DNA of 64,000 bases from an uncultured Bacilli bacterium (GCA_947589535.1 CANQAS010000002.1:4119-68118), one strand, 5' to 3'; numbered from the stretch's first letter, positions 10,775-21,886 are shown. Program-made: numbers and translations. The notes: generated by a model from the letters alone, not told the origin.

Positions 10775-10869
10775 TATAATCACCTCTTAAAATAATTATA
10801 ATATAAATTTTATTAAAATAAAAGTAATAAAAAAAATCTTTATTAATATAGTTTATTAAGGAGATTAAA

Positions 10870-11502
10870 ATGAAGAAAATAATAAACTATTTAAACGAAC
10901 CATTAAAAAAAGAAAAGAAAATTATAATATTTAATATAATAATATTTTTAGTAGGATTAGTATTTGGATCACTATTTATTAATTTTGTTGGAAATTCTGA
11001 TAAAAAAATATTAGTTGATGAAGTAGGGGAGTTTTTTACTTGTGTTAAAAATCTTGATAAAAGTATATTTGGATTAGGAGCATTTGAAAGTATTTTAATA
11101 AATAATGTTGTTCAAATTATTATAATATTTATATTAGGAATATCTATGATAGGTATATTTGCTGTTATTTTTATATTATTTTTTAAAGGTTTTACAACTG
11201 GTCTTACAATAGGTACAATAATTTATAAATATTCATTAAAAGGTATTTTAGGATCCTTATTATATATCTTTCCGTGTCATGTAGTATGTATAATAATTTA
11301 TTTATTTTTATCTTTTTACTCTGTATATGTATCTATTAGGTTTTTAAAATCATTGCTTACTAAGAAGAGTTTGGATTTTAAAACTTTTATTGGTAAATAC
11401 TTTTTAGTTTTTATAATTTCATTAATTTTTATCATAATAATTTCATTAATTGATGCTTATGTAACACCTATATTATTAAAATTATTTACATTTTTAATAT
11501 AA
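10870..11502 (+). CDS. spoIIM: stage II sporulation protein M-like membrane protein
   Basis: 210 aa, multi-TM. The N-terminal pattern (short cytoplasmic tag, then LVGLVFGSLFINFVG) and its position near xerD match Bacillus SpoIIM. Confidence 0.5.
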   Translation: MKKIINYLNEPLKKEKKIIIFNIIIFLVGLVFGSLFINFVGNSDKKILVDEVGEFFTCVKNLDKSIFGLGAFESILINNVVQIIIIFILGISMIGIFAVIFILFFKGFTTGLTIGTIIYKYSLKGILGSLLYIFPCHVVCIIIYLFLSFYSVYVSIRFLKSLLTKKSLDFKTFIGKYFLVFIISLIFIIIISLIDAYVTPILLKLFTFLI

Positions 11503-11610
11503 TTATTTTATTTACCTTATAATTCTATTATTTTTTGTACAATAGTTGACAAAAATGTAAAAAAGCGTAAAATTGTATGTAGAGTAGATAGAGTAGAGGA
11601 GAGAGATAAT

Positions 11611-12378
11611 ATGGATAAACTTAACGAAATTTTACAAGAGGTAGGGATTTCTAAAGTTAAACTTGCAAAATACTTGGGCGTATCTCGCCAAATGATTTAT
11701 AATTATTTAGAAATGAATGATATTTCTAAGTGGCCAAAAGATAAAAAAATGAAATTATTTAATTTATTAGATATTAAAGAAGCAAATGACATTGATAATA
11801 TAAAAGTAGATGCTGAATTTATAAATAAAGTTGATATGGTATTAAATGGTGAATCTTCTAATATTAGTGTAGCTCATTCTGAAACAATAGAATTTAAAGA
11901 ACTAAAACCAAGAGAACAAGAATTGTTAAATGATATTATTTTCTTAATAAAAGAACGTTTTATAGAAAATTCTACAGACGCATATATAACATATAAATAT
12001 TTACTTAACTTTGTACAAGGTTTAGAAAATGTTAAAGAATTAAAATACATGATGGGATATATTGATAAGTTACTAGGATTTGTTAATCCAGAAGAATATT
12101 CTTTTAATGAAGATGAGCAATTTATATTTGAAAGTATTATGCACTCAGCTATGACTTTATATCGTAATGGTGGTGCATCAAAAACTAAGCTTGCTGAACA
12201 GCATAAAAAGTTTGTTGCTGAAATAGAACATAAGAACGAGGAAAAACTTTCTAGAACCCAAGAAATAAATTCAGCAAAGATACAAGCATTGCATGAATTA
12301 GGCTATACAGAAATTAATCAAACAAACGCATCCGAGGTACTTGCTAAGATAGCTGAAATACAGTCTCGTGATGTTTAG
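11611..12378 (+). CDS. helix-turn-helix DNA-binding protein
   Basis: N-terminal HTH (LAKYLGVSRQMIYNYLE). The remainder is unassigned. Confidence 0.5.
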   Translation: MDKLNEILQEVGISKVKLAKYLGVSRQMIYNYLEMNDISKWPKDKKMKLFNLLDIKEANDIDNIKVDAEFINKVDMVLNGESSNISVAHSETIEFKELKPREQELLNDIIFLIKERFIENSTDAYITYKYLLNFVQGLENVKELKYMMGYIDKLLGFVNPEEYSFNEDEQFIFESIMHSAMTLYRNGGASKTKLAEQHKKFVAEIEHKNEEKLSRTQEINSAKIQALHELGYTEINQTNASEVLAKIAEIQSRDV

Positions 12379-12645
12379 TTCACTGCTTTTTCTTAGTTCA
12401 TATAATACATATTATGTTAACATTTAATTTTTGAGAAATAAAGATAGTTGTTATATTATATAACTATCTTTTTATTATACATGTTTACTCTTCTATTAAC
12501 CTATATTTGTATCTTAATTGTTTATTTAGAAAACAACATAACATATGATATTTTAAATATAAAATTAAATTTTAAATATTTAATTAATAATTATTTTTAG
12601 CCTATTTTAAAGAATTTAAATACATGATATATAATTAATCGTTTT

Positions 12646-12672
12646 AGCTAAAAAAGAGGCTAATATAGCCTC
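12646..12672 (-). terminator. Rho-independent terminator (bidirectional region between convergent genes)
   Basis: GAGGCTA-ata-TAGCCTC hairpin flanked by an A/T run. A second CCCCT...AGGGG hairpin lies nearby. Confidence 0.5.
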
Positions 12673-12731
12673 CTACTCCCCTTTTAATATATCTATAGTA
12701 GGGGTAGTATTATAAAAAGATGGGATTATGA

Positions 12732-13244
12732 TTAAATATAATATCTTTCCATATAAATAGTATATTTATTTATTTCCTTTAATACATCATTATCCAAATA
12801 TGAAATGTGATCTAAATCTTTTTCTTTTTCTTTCAACGGCATTTGTATAAAACCAAGTTTAGTATATAAAGAAATTGCAGCTTCACTTCCTTTTAAGGTA
12901 TATAATATTAGTTTTTTATAATTAGTAGCATGTAAATATTTTATTAATTCTTTTATAAGTAAGGTACTTATTTCTTGGTTTCTATATTTTTCTTCAGTAT
13001 ATACACTACATAATTCAGCAACATCAGCATCTACTTTTCTTATTGAAGCTGAAGATATAGCTTTATTACCATCATACATCAATAAAATTTTTTCTAATAA
13101 ATTAATTTCATGTAATGATGACATTCCCCAACTTTTTCTTAAAGGAATTAAATTATTTTGATAGTCATCTATTTTTTTACATAAACTTATGAAATCTTTG
13201 TTGTTATGTTTTACTTCTTTTATTTCGTACATTATTCTTGCCAC
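12732..13244 (-). CDS. GNAT family N-acetyltransferase
   Basis: 170 aa, acetyl-CoA fold (…RNQEISTLLIKELIKYL…SLYTKLGF). Confidence 0.7.
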   Translation of the reverse strand: MARIMYEIKEVKHNNKDFISLCKKIDDYQNNLIPLRKSWGMSSLHEINLLEKILLMYDGNKAISSASIRKVDADVAELCSVYTEEKYRNQEISTLLIKELIKYLHATNYKKLILYTLKGSEAAISLYTKLGFIQMPLKEKEKDLDHISYLDNDVLKEINKYTIYMERYYI

Positions 13245-13795
13245 TCCATCATATCTTTTAATTTATTTCTATTCTTTCTTCTTGGTTTTTGATTTGGATA
13301 TCCTAATAATAATCCACATACTAATTCCATATCTTCATGATGAGTTATTTTTTCTATTTCTTTTTCTATGTATACCGTATCTAAAATCCATAGTGAACCA
13401 ATATCTAGCTCAGTTGCTCTTAGACACATGTTTTCTATGCACGCACCAAGTGATAATCTATCTCCTTTAGCCCATACCTCATCATTTGGCCTAAAAATTA
13501 AGACTAATATCGGAACTTTCATAATTGTATATGCGGTGGATTTAAGACTACATGGATGCCCTATTCTTTTGATTTCATCTATATTAGTAATATTTTTAAC
13601 TTTATTAAGCATTACATTCGTAATTTCATCTTTTGTTTTACCAGTAGTGACAACGAAATACCAAGGTTGTCTGTTTTTAGCAGAGGGTGCAAGCCTACCG
13701 CAATTTAATATATCTTTAACTAGTTCTTTTGAAATTTTTTTATTTTTGTATTTGTAATTACTCCATCTAATTTTTATAGCATCAATTGTTTCCAT
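13232..13795 (-). CDS. nitroreductase family protein
   Basis: APSAKNRQPWYFVV FMN-binding motif. Confidence 0.8.
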   Translation of the reverse strand: METIDAIKIRWSNYKYKNKKISKELVKDILNCGRLAPSAKNRQPWYFVVTTGKTKDEITNVMLNKVKNITNIDEIKRIGHPCSLKSTAYTIMKVPILVLIFRPNDEVWAKGDRLSLGACIENMCLRATELDIGSLWILDTVYIEKEIEKITHHEDMELVCGLLLGYPNQKPRRKNRNKLKDMMEWQE

Positions 13796-13796
13796 A

Positions 13797-14386
13797 TTAC
13801 TTTCCTTTTTTTATATTTATAATACCTTTTGTAGCCATTTTTTTAATACTTAAATTATGACTATCATCATCTTCTTTAAGACCAATGTATTTATTATTCC
13901 ATGGCTTTATATTATCGCCAAATAAACTATATGTAAAAATTTTAGGTTTACCATATTTTATATCATAATAACTATCATCTTGATTTGTATAATATTCTTC
14001 AAAATGCATATGTTTTTTATAAAATTTTTGAGCAACTTCATTCCATATTTCATAGGTATATAATCTTAAATATTTTCTGTTATACTCTTTAACTATATTT
14101 ATAATATAATAAACATTTGTTCTCCATATCCTTTTTTTCTATACTCTTTTAATAGACCAAAATAGCTTACCCAAACGCTATCTTTATCATTATCATATTC
14201 ATATAATCCTATTACACCAATTGGCTTTTCATCATGATAAACTAAAAAATTTATTGGTATTTTTTTATTACAATCTATTTCGTTTATATATTTTATATAA
14301 GCACTCGAATTAGGAAAAATTTCATACTGAATTTTAGAAGCTAAAAGAATGTTTTCTCTATTAATTTTTTGATATGTCAACTTCAT
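13797..14386 (-). pseudogene. GNAT acetyltransferase interrupted by a frameshift
   Basis: A 95-aa ORF ends ...KKGYGEQMFIIL*. The +2 frame continues IVKEYNRKYL...NEVAQKFYKKHMHFEEY..., which is the NxxAxxFYxKxGF GNAT C-terminus, through the track's 70-aa ORF. The break is in an A/T run near 14095-14105. Confidence 0.55.
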
Positions 14387-16086
14387 ACTAATTTATCCTT
14401 TCCAATTAAGTTTTTAAGATACTTATTATTAAGTAAATTTTTATATGTTCCTTTTTCTACAATTTTTCCTTCATCCATTATAATTAATTCATCTGCTATT
14501 TTCATCATTTCTTCCTTATGAGTAATTATAATTATTGTATGGTCTTTTTTTAAATCTTTTAAAACGTTTATTATTTCTTTTGTAGTTGCAGGATCAAGTG
14601 ATGATGTTACTTCATCAAATAAAAGTATTTCTGAGCCCGTTAAAAGAGTTTTAGCAAGATGAAGTAGTCTTTTCTGTCCACCTGATAAATTACCCGCATT
14701 TTCGCTTAAAATAGTGTTATACCCTTTAGGTAGATTAGATATTAAATCGTGAATACCTACTCTTTTGCATACTTTTATTTGTTCATTTATGTCTTTATTA
14801 ATCATTCCTAGATTATCTTTTATACTCATGTTAAATAAAAAGCTTTCCTGATTAACTACAGATACGTTACTTGAATACACTTCTTTTGTATACTCATCTA
14901 TTTTTATATCATCGATATATACGTTACCACTATTTGGTTTATACAGTCTTAATAAAATGTTAAATATAGTTGTTTTACCGCTGCCAGTTTTACCCGCAAT
15001 AACGGTTATTTTATTTGGTACAGCTTCAAAACTAATATTTTTTATTGTAGGTGTATTCTTATAAGAAAAAGATACGTTTTTAAATAATACTCGTCCATCA
15101 ATATAGTTATTACCCACGTTTCCATATGTACTATTATCAGTAGTATTTTCTAATAAATCACATACCCTTTCAAGTGATATATTATAATTTCTAACGGTTG
15201 CAACGTCACTTACCAATTTCGCTGCATACGAGAAAATATTATTAAAATAATTAATTAGTAATACTATTATGCCAATTGTTATTTTATTACTAAACAAAAG
15301 ATATGCTGATATTACGTATAAAATAACTCTTGATATGTATGTTATATATTTTAAATAAACACTATGAGCAATTACGTATTTTCTTTTTAACATATATTTT
15401 CTAGCCCAATTCCGTCTTAGGATATCATATTTTTTATTTAAACCAGATTTCATATTAAATGTTTTTATTTCTCTTATTCCATTTAACATTTGACTAAGTA
15501 AGTTGGTTAATTTATCTTGATAACCTCTTTGCCCTCTTATATAGTGAGCTTCTTTTTTAGTTAATTTGTTAGCTAAAAACATATATATTACAACCACTAA
15601 TAAAAAAACAATACCTAGTATTAAGCTAGTTTTAGTAAAAAATATAAGTATACATATTACTAAAGAAAAATTAAATACTACGTTAAACATATAATCAGCC
15701 ATCTCTGCGATGTTAATAACATCTACGTTTACTGTACTTATTATTTTACCTTTAGGAATATTTATTAATTCATCATTATAATTATATAATTTATCTATAA
15801 TCATCTTATGAATATTTATGAAAGTCTCCCTAAAGAATACCGAATATAATTTTTTAGCAAAATAAGAAAATAAGTTAGTGGTTAAAAATAATATTGTTAT
15901 AATAACTGTTACCTTGATAAACATATTTAAATTTTTAACTGTTAAATAATCAATTATTTTTGATGCATACGCCGGAATAAGTAAATCTAGAACTCCTAGT
16001 ACAAACAAAACAATAAAAAAGAAATATAATATCCATTTTGTTTTTCTACATATATTAAAATATTTTTTAATCACTAATACCACCAA
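14383..16086 (-). CDS. ABC exporter, fused permease/ATPase
   Basis: Six N-terminal TM segments. Walker A GKTGSGKTT, signature LSGGQKRLLHLAKTL, Walker B LLFDEVTSSLD. Confidence 0.85.
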   Translation of the reverse strand: MVVLVIKKYFNICRKTKWILYFFFIVLFVLGVLDLLIPAYASKIIDYLTVKNLNMFIKVTVIITILFLTTNLFSYFAKKLYSVFFRETFINIHKMIIDKLYNYNDELINIPKGKIISTVNVDVINIAEMADYMFNVVFNFSLVICILIFFTKTSLILGIVFLLVVVIYMFLANKLTKKEAHYIRGQRGYQDKLTNLLSQMLNGIREIKTFNMKSGLNKKYDILRRNWARKYMLKRKYVIAHSVYLKYITYISRVILYVISAYLLFSNKITIGIIVLLINYFNNIFSYAAKLVSDVATVRNYNISLERVCDLLENTTDNSTYGNVGNNYIDGRVLFKNVSFSYKNTPTIKNISFEAVPNKITVIAGKTGSGKTTIFNILLRLYKPNSGNVYIDDIKIDEYTKEVYSSNVSVVNQESFLFNMSIKDNLGMINKDINEQIKVCKRVGIHDLISNLPKGYNTILSENAGNLSGGQKRLLHLAKTLLTGSEILLFDEVTSSLDPATTKEIINVLKDLKKDHTIIIITHKEEMMKIADELIIMDEGKIVEKGTYKNLLNNKYLKNLIGKDKLV

Positions 16087-16125
16087 TATAATCTTAACTC
16101 TTATACAAATAAAAAAAGAAACATT

Positions 16126-16944
16126 TTACATATCAGTTTTGTTTCTTTTTTCTAGTGGAACATATATATAGCAATTATCTTTTGTATAATATTCAATATA
16201 AGGATCATCCTTAATTTCTAATTTAGAAGAACCATACCATATTTCATTTATAAATTTAATGGTTTTAATAATATCTTTTTGATTTTTAGAACCCACTTCA
16301 AATATTGCATACTCTCCTTTTTTTACTTTGTAACTATCAAGTTTATCATCCTTTAATTTACTACCTACTAAATAGACTAAAGGATCATTATTATAATATG
16401 TTATAGCATATCTTTCATTTTTATCAAATATATCATATGTACCATCTTCTCTTATCTCATTATATAATTTTCTTATTTTATAGTGTAAATCCTCAAACGT
16501 TTTAGCACTTACAGTCCTTCCATAAATGGTAAATTCATTTATCTTTTTAACTGCGTAATTAATTATGTTTTTATCTTTAAAATCACTGCCAAACATTATT
16601 TTCGGAAATAATTTATAATCATTATCTTTTTCTTTTCTTAACTCACTTGGCTTAATATTAAACTCTTTTTTAAAACTTCTAGAAAAAGATATATGAGAAT
16701 CATAACCATATTTTAGTGCAATATCTATTATTTTTTTATCAGTTAATTTTAATTCTTCATATGCTAATGATAATCTTCTTTTTCTAACATATTCAGTAAT
16801 AGTAATTCCTGTTATAATACTAAATACTCTTTGCATTATAAAATCATTTAATCCTAACTTCTTCGATATTTTTTTTATGTTAATTTTAGCGGTTAAATTT
16901 TTTTCTAAATAATCTATTATTTCGTTTAGTAATTCATAATTCAT
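16126..16944 (-). CDS. AraC-family regulator with a GyrI-like effector-binding domain
   Basis: N-terminal AraC HTH (...DIALKYGYDSHISFSRSFKKEF) plus a C-terminal GyrI-like fold. Confidence 0.75.
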   Translation of the reverse strand: MNYELLNEIIDYLEKNLTAKINIKKISKKLGLNDFIMQRVFSIITGITITEYVRKRRLSLAYEELKLTDKKIIDIALKYGYDSHISFSRSFKKEFNIKPSELRKEKDNDYKLFPKIMFGSDFKDKNIINYAVKKINEFTIYGRTVSAKTFEDLHYKIRKLYNEIREDGTYDIFDKNERYAITYYNNDPLVYLVGSKLKDDKLDSYKVKKGEYAIFEVGSKNQKDIIKTIKFINEIWYGSSKLEIKDDPYIEYYTKDNCYIYVPLEKRNKTDM

Positions 16945-16949
16945 ATTTT

Positions 16950-18035
16950 TTACCCTTTTTTGATTATAGAAATTCCATTATCTTTTGATGATTTACCATC
17001 ATCAGAAAAATATGGATTACCCCCGGTTTGTTCCACAACTTTTAATACCGCATCATCTAAAATCATAGAAGGATTACCAAGTTTTAATTCAAATAACATA
17101 ATCCAAAATGTCGAGACGTTATATTCATAATTGAATTTTTCAATAACAACTTTATAACGCTTAGAGTTATCATAATTAACATCCGATGATAAATCAATAA
17201 CCATATTTAAACAACTGATATAATCATCGTCGGTAATTGATGAATTTCTACATTTTAGCATGTTAAATAATTTTTTAAAAAAATTAGATGAGTAACTAAA
17301 ACTATCGCTTATTTGTTTTTCTAGCTTTGTTAATTTTATTGTTTCTACTGGTATTGCATCTACTCTTTCTTCACCTATCAAAATCTTATTATATTTATAG
17401 ATATTTTCATAAATATTAATTATTTCATCCGAGTTTGCTTCTTTATTATTTAATTTTATATTTATTAGATTATCAAGAAACGATACTTTATTTAAACTGT
17501 AAAAATCATTTTTAATCTTTACAACATTTTTGTTTGGAATAAATTTAAATTTTCCTTTTAGTTCTAATAAAAACGTTAGCATTCTAATTGTTTCTTTATA
17601 ATTTAAATCTTTATGATCTTTTTTTAAATGATTAAAACAAGAACTAATAACGTAATTACTTAACATTAATTCCTTTTTTAACATATCATTTAACTTTGGT
17701 GTTATCTTTAAAAAATCCTTACGCTCATTTAAATATTCATCTAATATTTCTTCTGTTTTTTTGTTTTTTTCTTTATGCTTTTTTATTAAAATGTCACTTA
17801 AAATTACATACATAGCAATGTTTAGTTGATAGCCATTTATACATATTACTTCATTATTTTCTTTAATAACAAACTTATTTAATTCTATTATGCTTGATAA
17901 TAAATTTACTTTTTCTTCAATACTTATGTGAGGAAAAAATTTTGTAATTCTGTAATTCACTGATGATAAAGTAGTATATGAATATTTTGTTTTCTTACTT
18001 ATTTTGCCTAAAATTTCTACAATCTCATCTTCCAT
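16950..18035 (-). CDS. hypothetical protein, 361 aa
   Basis: Long ORF immediately upstream of the AraC regulator on the same strand. Confidence 0.45.
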   Translation of the reverse strand: MEDEIVEILGKISKKTKYSYTTLSSVNYRITKFFPHISIEEKVNLLSSIIELNKFVIKENNEVICINGYQLNIAMYVILSDILIKKHKEKNKKTEEILDEYLNERKDFLKITPKLNDMLKKELMLSNYVISSCFNHLKKDHKDLNYKETIRMLTFLLELKGKFKFIPNKNVVKIKNDFYSLNKVSFLDNLINIKLNNKEANSDEIINIYENIYKYNKILIGEERVDAIPVETIKLTKLEKQISDSFSYSSNFFKKLFNMLKCRNSSITDDDYISCLNMVIDLSSDVNYDNSKRYKVVIEKFNYEYNVSTFWIMLFELKLGNPSMILDDAVLKVVEQTGGNPYFSDDGKSSKDNGISIIKKG

Positions 18036-18134
18036 AGTATCCTCCTAAATGCATTTATTTTATCAAAAACACATTTAAAAGTCTATATTATTCTTTATAT
18101 TTAACCTATTACATTATATAATTAGCTTTTTGTA

Positions 18135-18896
18135 TTACATTAATATATGACTTAGTATCATAACAATGCTTCCAATTATAAAATATTTTAATACACTTTT
18201 TAAAGTTCCTTCTTTATATGCTCCTGGAATAAGTTCATAAACTGATATATGAATCATTATACCAGCGATAATTGCATATAATGCTGCCATTATATGATCG
18301 TTTATAAATGGAGCTAGAAATAAATATGCTAAGATGCTTCCTACTACTTCGCTCATTCCAGATAATAAAGCATACATAATAGCTTTTAATTTATTATTAG
18401 TAGAATGATATATTGGAACAGCTATAGAAATTCCTTCTGGGATGTTATGAAGTGCTATAGCAAGTGTTAATGTAATACCTAAACTTAAATTATTCGTAGA
18501 TGTAATAAATGTTGCAATACCTTCAGGTATGTTATGTAGTATAATTGCAACCATACTTATTATCCCTATTTTATATAAACCTTTATTATCATTATTTTCA
18601 TACTCACTTGGCAAGTATTTATCAATTAACATAGAAATAATTATTCCGATAACCATAAATATAAGTGTTAATATTAGTTTTGGGAATACATTATTAATAT
18701 CTAAAATCATATTAAAAGAATTAGGTAGTAAATCTGTTAATGATACACAAATCATAACTCCTGCAGCAAACGAAAGACTAATCGTAACTATCTTATTATT
18801 CTTATGCTTATCAAAAAATATGATTAAAGCCCCTATAACAGTTGATATACCAGCTAAAAAAGACAAAATAAAAGCATATAAAGTACTATTTGGCAT
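18135..18896 (-). CDS. ZIP family metal (zinc) transporter
   Basis: Two HNIPEG motifs (HNIPEGIATF, HNIPEGISIA); 8 TM. Confidence 0.85.
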   Translation of the reverse strand: MPNSTLYAFILSFLAGISTVIGALIIFFDKHKNNKIVTISLSFAAGVMICVSLTDLLPNSFNMILDINNVFPKLILTLIFMVIGIIISMLIDKYLPSEYENNDNKGLYKIGIISMVAIILHNIPEGIATFITSTNNLSLGITLTLAIALHNIPEGISIAVPIYHSTNNKLKAIMYALLSGMSEVVGSILAYLFLAPFINDHIMAALYAIIAGIMIHISVYELIPGAYKEGTLKSVLKYFIIGSIVMILSHILM

Positions 18897-19075
18897 AATT
18901 TCCTCCTAGCAAATTATATGCTTTAAAATGAACATTCTTCCTATTTTCTAATTTAAACTAAATAAATTACCCATGTTATTATTTTTATCTTTAACATAGT
19001 ATTAATTAATATCTTCAAAATACTTTTTATGCAATCGATTAGACCATATATTTCCATTTTATTTTTTTAATCTTA

Positions 19076-20953
19076 TCAAAATGGTAAATCATCATCGTCG
19101 TCTACATCAACTTTGTTAGTAATATATTGTTTAGAATATGCCGTTCCTCTTTTAATAGGAGAACATAATTCAATACATGTATTTATGCATTCAATTAATC
19201 CTGCAATATTTAATTGGTTTGATACAATTATATTATTTGGTACGTTTACATAATCAAAACCTGGTATTAATAATTGACCATTAATATCATCTGGTATATA
19301 CTTATAAAAACTATTAACGTCATACGTATACATATTATCATCTGCAAAATAGACACTATTAATTTTATACCCTTCATTTATTAATTTATTTAGATGATAT
19401 TTAATTTTTGCAAATTTATTATCACCAATGGTTTCTCTTTCTTCTATTAATACCCCATCTATTAATGCTCCTTCTTCAAAGAAGTGATCTGTAAAGATAA
19501 TGGGATCATTAAGCTCAGGTTTGAGTTTATTAATATATTCAGTTAAATAACTTAAACTGCTATCATTGGTAATTAAGCTAAATAATATTTTATTAGAACC
19601 ATTCGTTTTTTTTAACTCAATTAATTTATCACTAAGGTCTTTCATGTAATATTCATATCCAAATATGTCATCTATTGTACCTTGTATATCACAATAAAAT
19701 ACAGTTATTTCTTCATTATTAATTATTGTATCATTATCTTTATAACCGCTTTTATTCATAGAGTATATTAAACAATCATTTAATGCATCAAGTCCATTAG
19801 TGTTTGAACATACTATTCCATTTATATCATTTTCAGCGCTATGGGCAAAAAATTCTATTTCCGAATCATCCATTTTCTCTTTGGTAAATATATTAATATT
19901 TTTATAGGATAAAGCATTGGTAAAGTATGCGGTATATATAAAATTGGTTCTATACCTTCTTGAAAATAAATTTTTTATTCCAGTTGCATGTTCTAAAAAA
20001 GAATTATTATCATCAAAACCCGAAATATTTATTTGATAATTATCATTAGAAGTATTTTCTTTAATAAAATACTTAGCTTTTTGTCCAAGTACATATTTAA
20101 TCTCATACACTATATCTTTTAGGTTATGTTTTTTAGAATTATTGGATATTTGATTAGAAACTATGATATATATTTCATCAGCATCTACTTCATTTTTCTT
20201 ACAAATAATATTATCTAATAACTCTTCATCTATGTTTTCATAATTACCTAAAAAGTCCGAATCAATAATTATTAGCATTGATCCGTTATTTCTTTTCTTT
20301 TTCCTATAAAATTCATGGTATTTCATAGGAAAGATTTTACCATTATCAATAGCTATTTTTGTACTAAGACTATACGCAAAACCATTTAAACCATAGGTAT
20401 CTGATACTACTAAATGATCATTATATATGTTTTCATATTCATTTCTCATACCAGAATTTAATAATAGTTCAAATCTACACATTTTATTTATAACTTCTAT
20501 TTGTTCTTTTGCTTGGAACTCTTCATTAATACTAAAATCACTTATATTTTGCATTAAAGCGGTATATACAACATTATATTTATTATTTACTCTATTAATG
20601 GTACTTTGTATAAAATCATATTTATTATGACTATTTTCATATTCCATTTTTTTACTACTCATGTTTAAAATATCAATATTATATGTGTTTTTAAACGGAT
20701 AAATAAAAACTTTAATATTTTTATCCAAACAACATTTTAGTTTTTCTGCATAATCCCTTAAATTGCTACTATCAGACTCATATTTAAAATCAGTTAGAAC
20801 TATACTTATTTCATCTGCGTTTTCAATATTTTTTTTATTATATATTGCTTCTTTAAATACGTCTATTCCATCAGAAATATAAGTGTATGATAGACCATTA
20901 ATGTCTATTATAAATAATATAGTATTCTTTTTTTCTTTCATAATAATAACCAC
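19076..20953 (-). CDS. hypothetical 625-aa protein with internal repeats, a HAD-like C-terminal module and a poly-Asp tail
   Basis: Module 1 (ILFIIDINGLSY…NKKNIENADEISIVLTD) is repeated as module 2 (MLIIIDSDFLGNY…CKKNEVDADEIYIIVSN). Module 3 carries HAD-like motifs FYCDIQGT / ILFSLITNDS / VYFADDNMY. Ends VDVDDDDDLPF. Confidence 0.5.
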   Translation of the reverse strand: MVIIMKEKKNTILFIIDINGLSYTYISDGIDVFKEAIYNKKNIENADEISIVLTDFKYESDSSNLRDYAEKLKCCLDKNIKVFIYPFKNTYNIDILNMSSKKMEYENSHNKYDFIQSTINRVNNKYNVVYTALMQNISDFSINEEFQAKEQIEVINKMCRFELLLNSGMRNEYENIYNDHLVVSDTYGLNGFAYSLSTKIAIDNGKIFPMKYHEFYRKKKRNNGSMLIIIDSDFLGNYENIDEELLDNIICKKNEVDADEIYIIVSNQISNNSKKHNLKDIVYEIKYVLGQKAKYFIKENTSNDNYQINISGFDDNNSFLEHATGIKNLFSRRYRTNFIYTAYFTNALSYKNINIFTKEKMDDSEIEFFAHSAENDINGIVCSNTNGLDALNDCLIYSMNKSGYKDNDTIINNEEITVFYCDIQGTIDDIFGYEYYMKDLSDKLIELKKTNGSNKILFSLITNDSSLSYLTEYINKLKPELNDPIIFTDHFFEEGALIDGVLIEERETIGDNKFAKIKYHLNKLINEGYKINSVYFADDNMYTYDVNSFYKYIPDDINGQLLIPGFDYVNVPNNIIVSNQLNIAGLIECINTCIELCSPIKRGTAYSKQYITNKVDVDDDDDLPF

Positions 20954-20992
20954 CTTGTTTGGTGGTTATTATATCAAATTATATTTTTATTA

Positions 20993-21886
20993 TCAATATT
21001 TTTTATTTCTTGGATGAAATTTATCATAATCCTTTTTTATTTTATTATTTGAAATGTGTGTATATATTTGAGTTGTCTTTATATTTTCATGTCCTAACAT
21101 CTCTCCTACGCTTCTAAGATCAGCTCCATATTCTAATAATTCGGTTGCAAAAGAATGTCTTAAAGTGTGTGGCGAAAAATCTTTTTGTATTCCTCTTTCT
21201 TTAGCATGCTTTTTAAGCATTTTAAAAAAACCTTGTCTTGTTATAGGTTTACCATAACTGCTAATGAACATTTTATCCGTAAGGTATCCTTTTAATAGAC
21301 TACCTCTGTATATGTTTATGTATTCTTCTAGTATATTAGTAGTAACAGTTGCCATAGGTATTATTCTTTCTTTTTTACCCTTTCCAAATATCCTTACATA
21401 ATTATCTTTTAAATTAATGTCATTCAATGATAAATTAACTAGTTCTGAAACACGTAAGCCACATGCATAAGCAAGCTCAAGCATTGCTTTATTACGATGT
21501 TCTAATGCCGTATTAGGTTTAAAATCTAGTAGTTTATTTATTTCTTCTTCCGATAATGTTTTAGGAAGTGTTTTTTTAATCTTAGGTAATTCTATTTTCT
21601 CGCATGGGTTATTATTTATCTTCTTTTCTCTTATTAAGTAATCAAAAAAGGTTCTTATGCTTACTACTTTTCTTGCAATGGTTTTATCTTTTTCCCTATT
21701 ATCACTTAAATAATTTATATAATTTCTTATGTCATCAGTAGTGATATTGTTTATTTTTTTATTATTAAGAAAGTTAGAAAAAGCTAATAAATCCCTTTGA
21801 TATGCATCTTTTGTATTACTACTGAGTTTTTTTTCAATGAAAACGTAATTTATATAATCATTTATAAAATTATTCATCAGTATCAC
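20993..21886 (-). CDS. xerD: tyrosine recombinase XerD/XerC
   Basis: C-terminal catalytic region HTLRHSFATELLEYGADLRSVGEMLGHENIKTTQIYTH. The xerD call over xerC rests on proximity to spoIIM. Confidence 0.8.
   Translation of the reverse strand: MILMNNFINDYINYVFIEKKLSSNTKDAYQRDLLAFSNFLNNKKINNITTDDIRNYINYLSDNREKDKTIARKVVSIRTFFDYLIREKKINNNPCEKIELPKIKKTLPKTLSEEEINKLLDFKPNTALEHRNKAMLELAYACGLRVSELVNLSLNDINLKDNYVRIFGKGKKERIIPMATVTTNILEEYINIYRGSLLKGYLTDKMFISSYGKPITRQGFFKMLKKHAKERGIQKDFSPHTLRHSFATELLEYGADLRSVGEMLGHENIKTTQIYTHISNNKIKKDYDKFHPRNKKY

Noticed and set aside
12380-12730. Possible small RNA in the 350-nt AT-rich gap between convergent genes
   Set aside because: It contains only the bidirectional terminator hairpins and no promoter-like -35/-10 pair with proper spacing. 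Composition is uniformly AT-rich.
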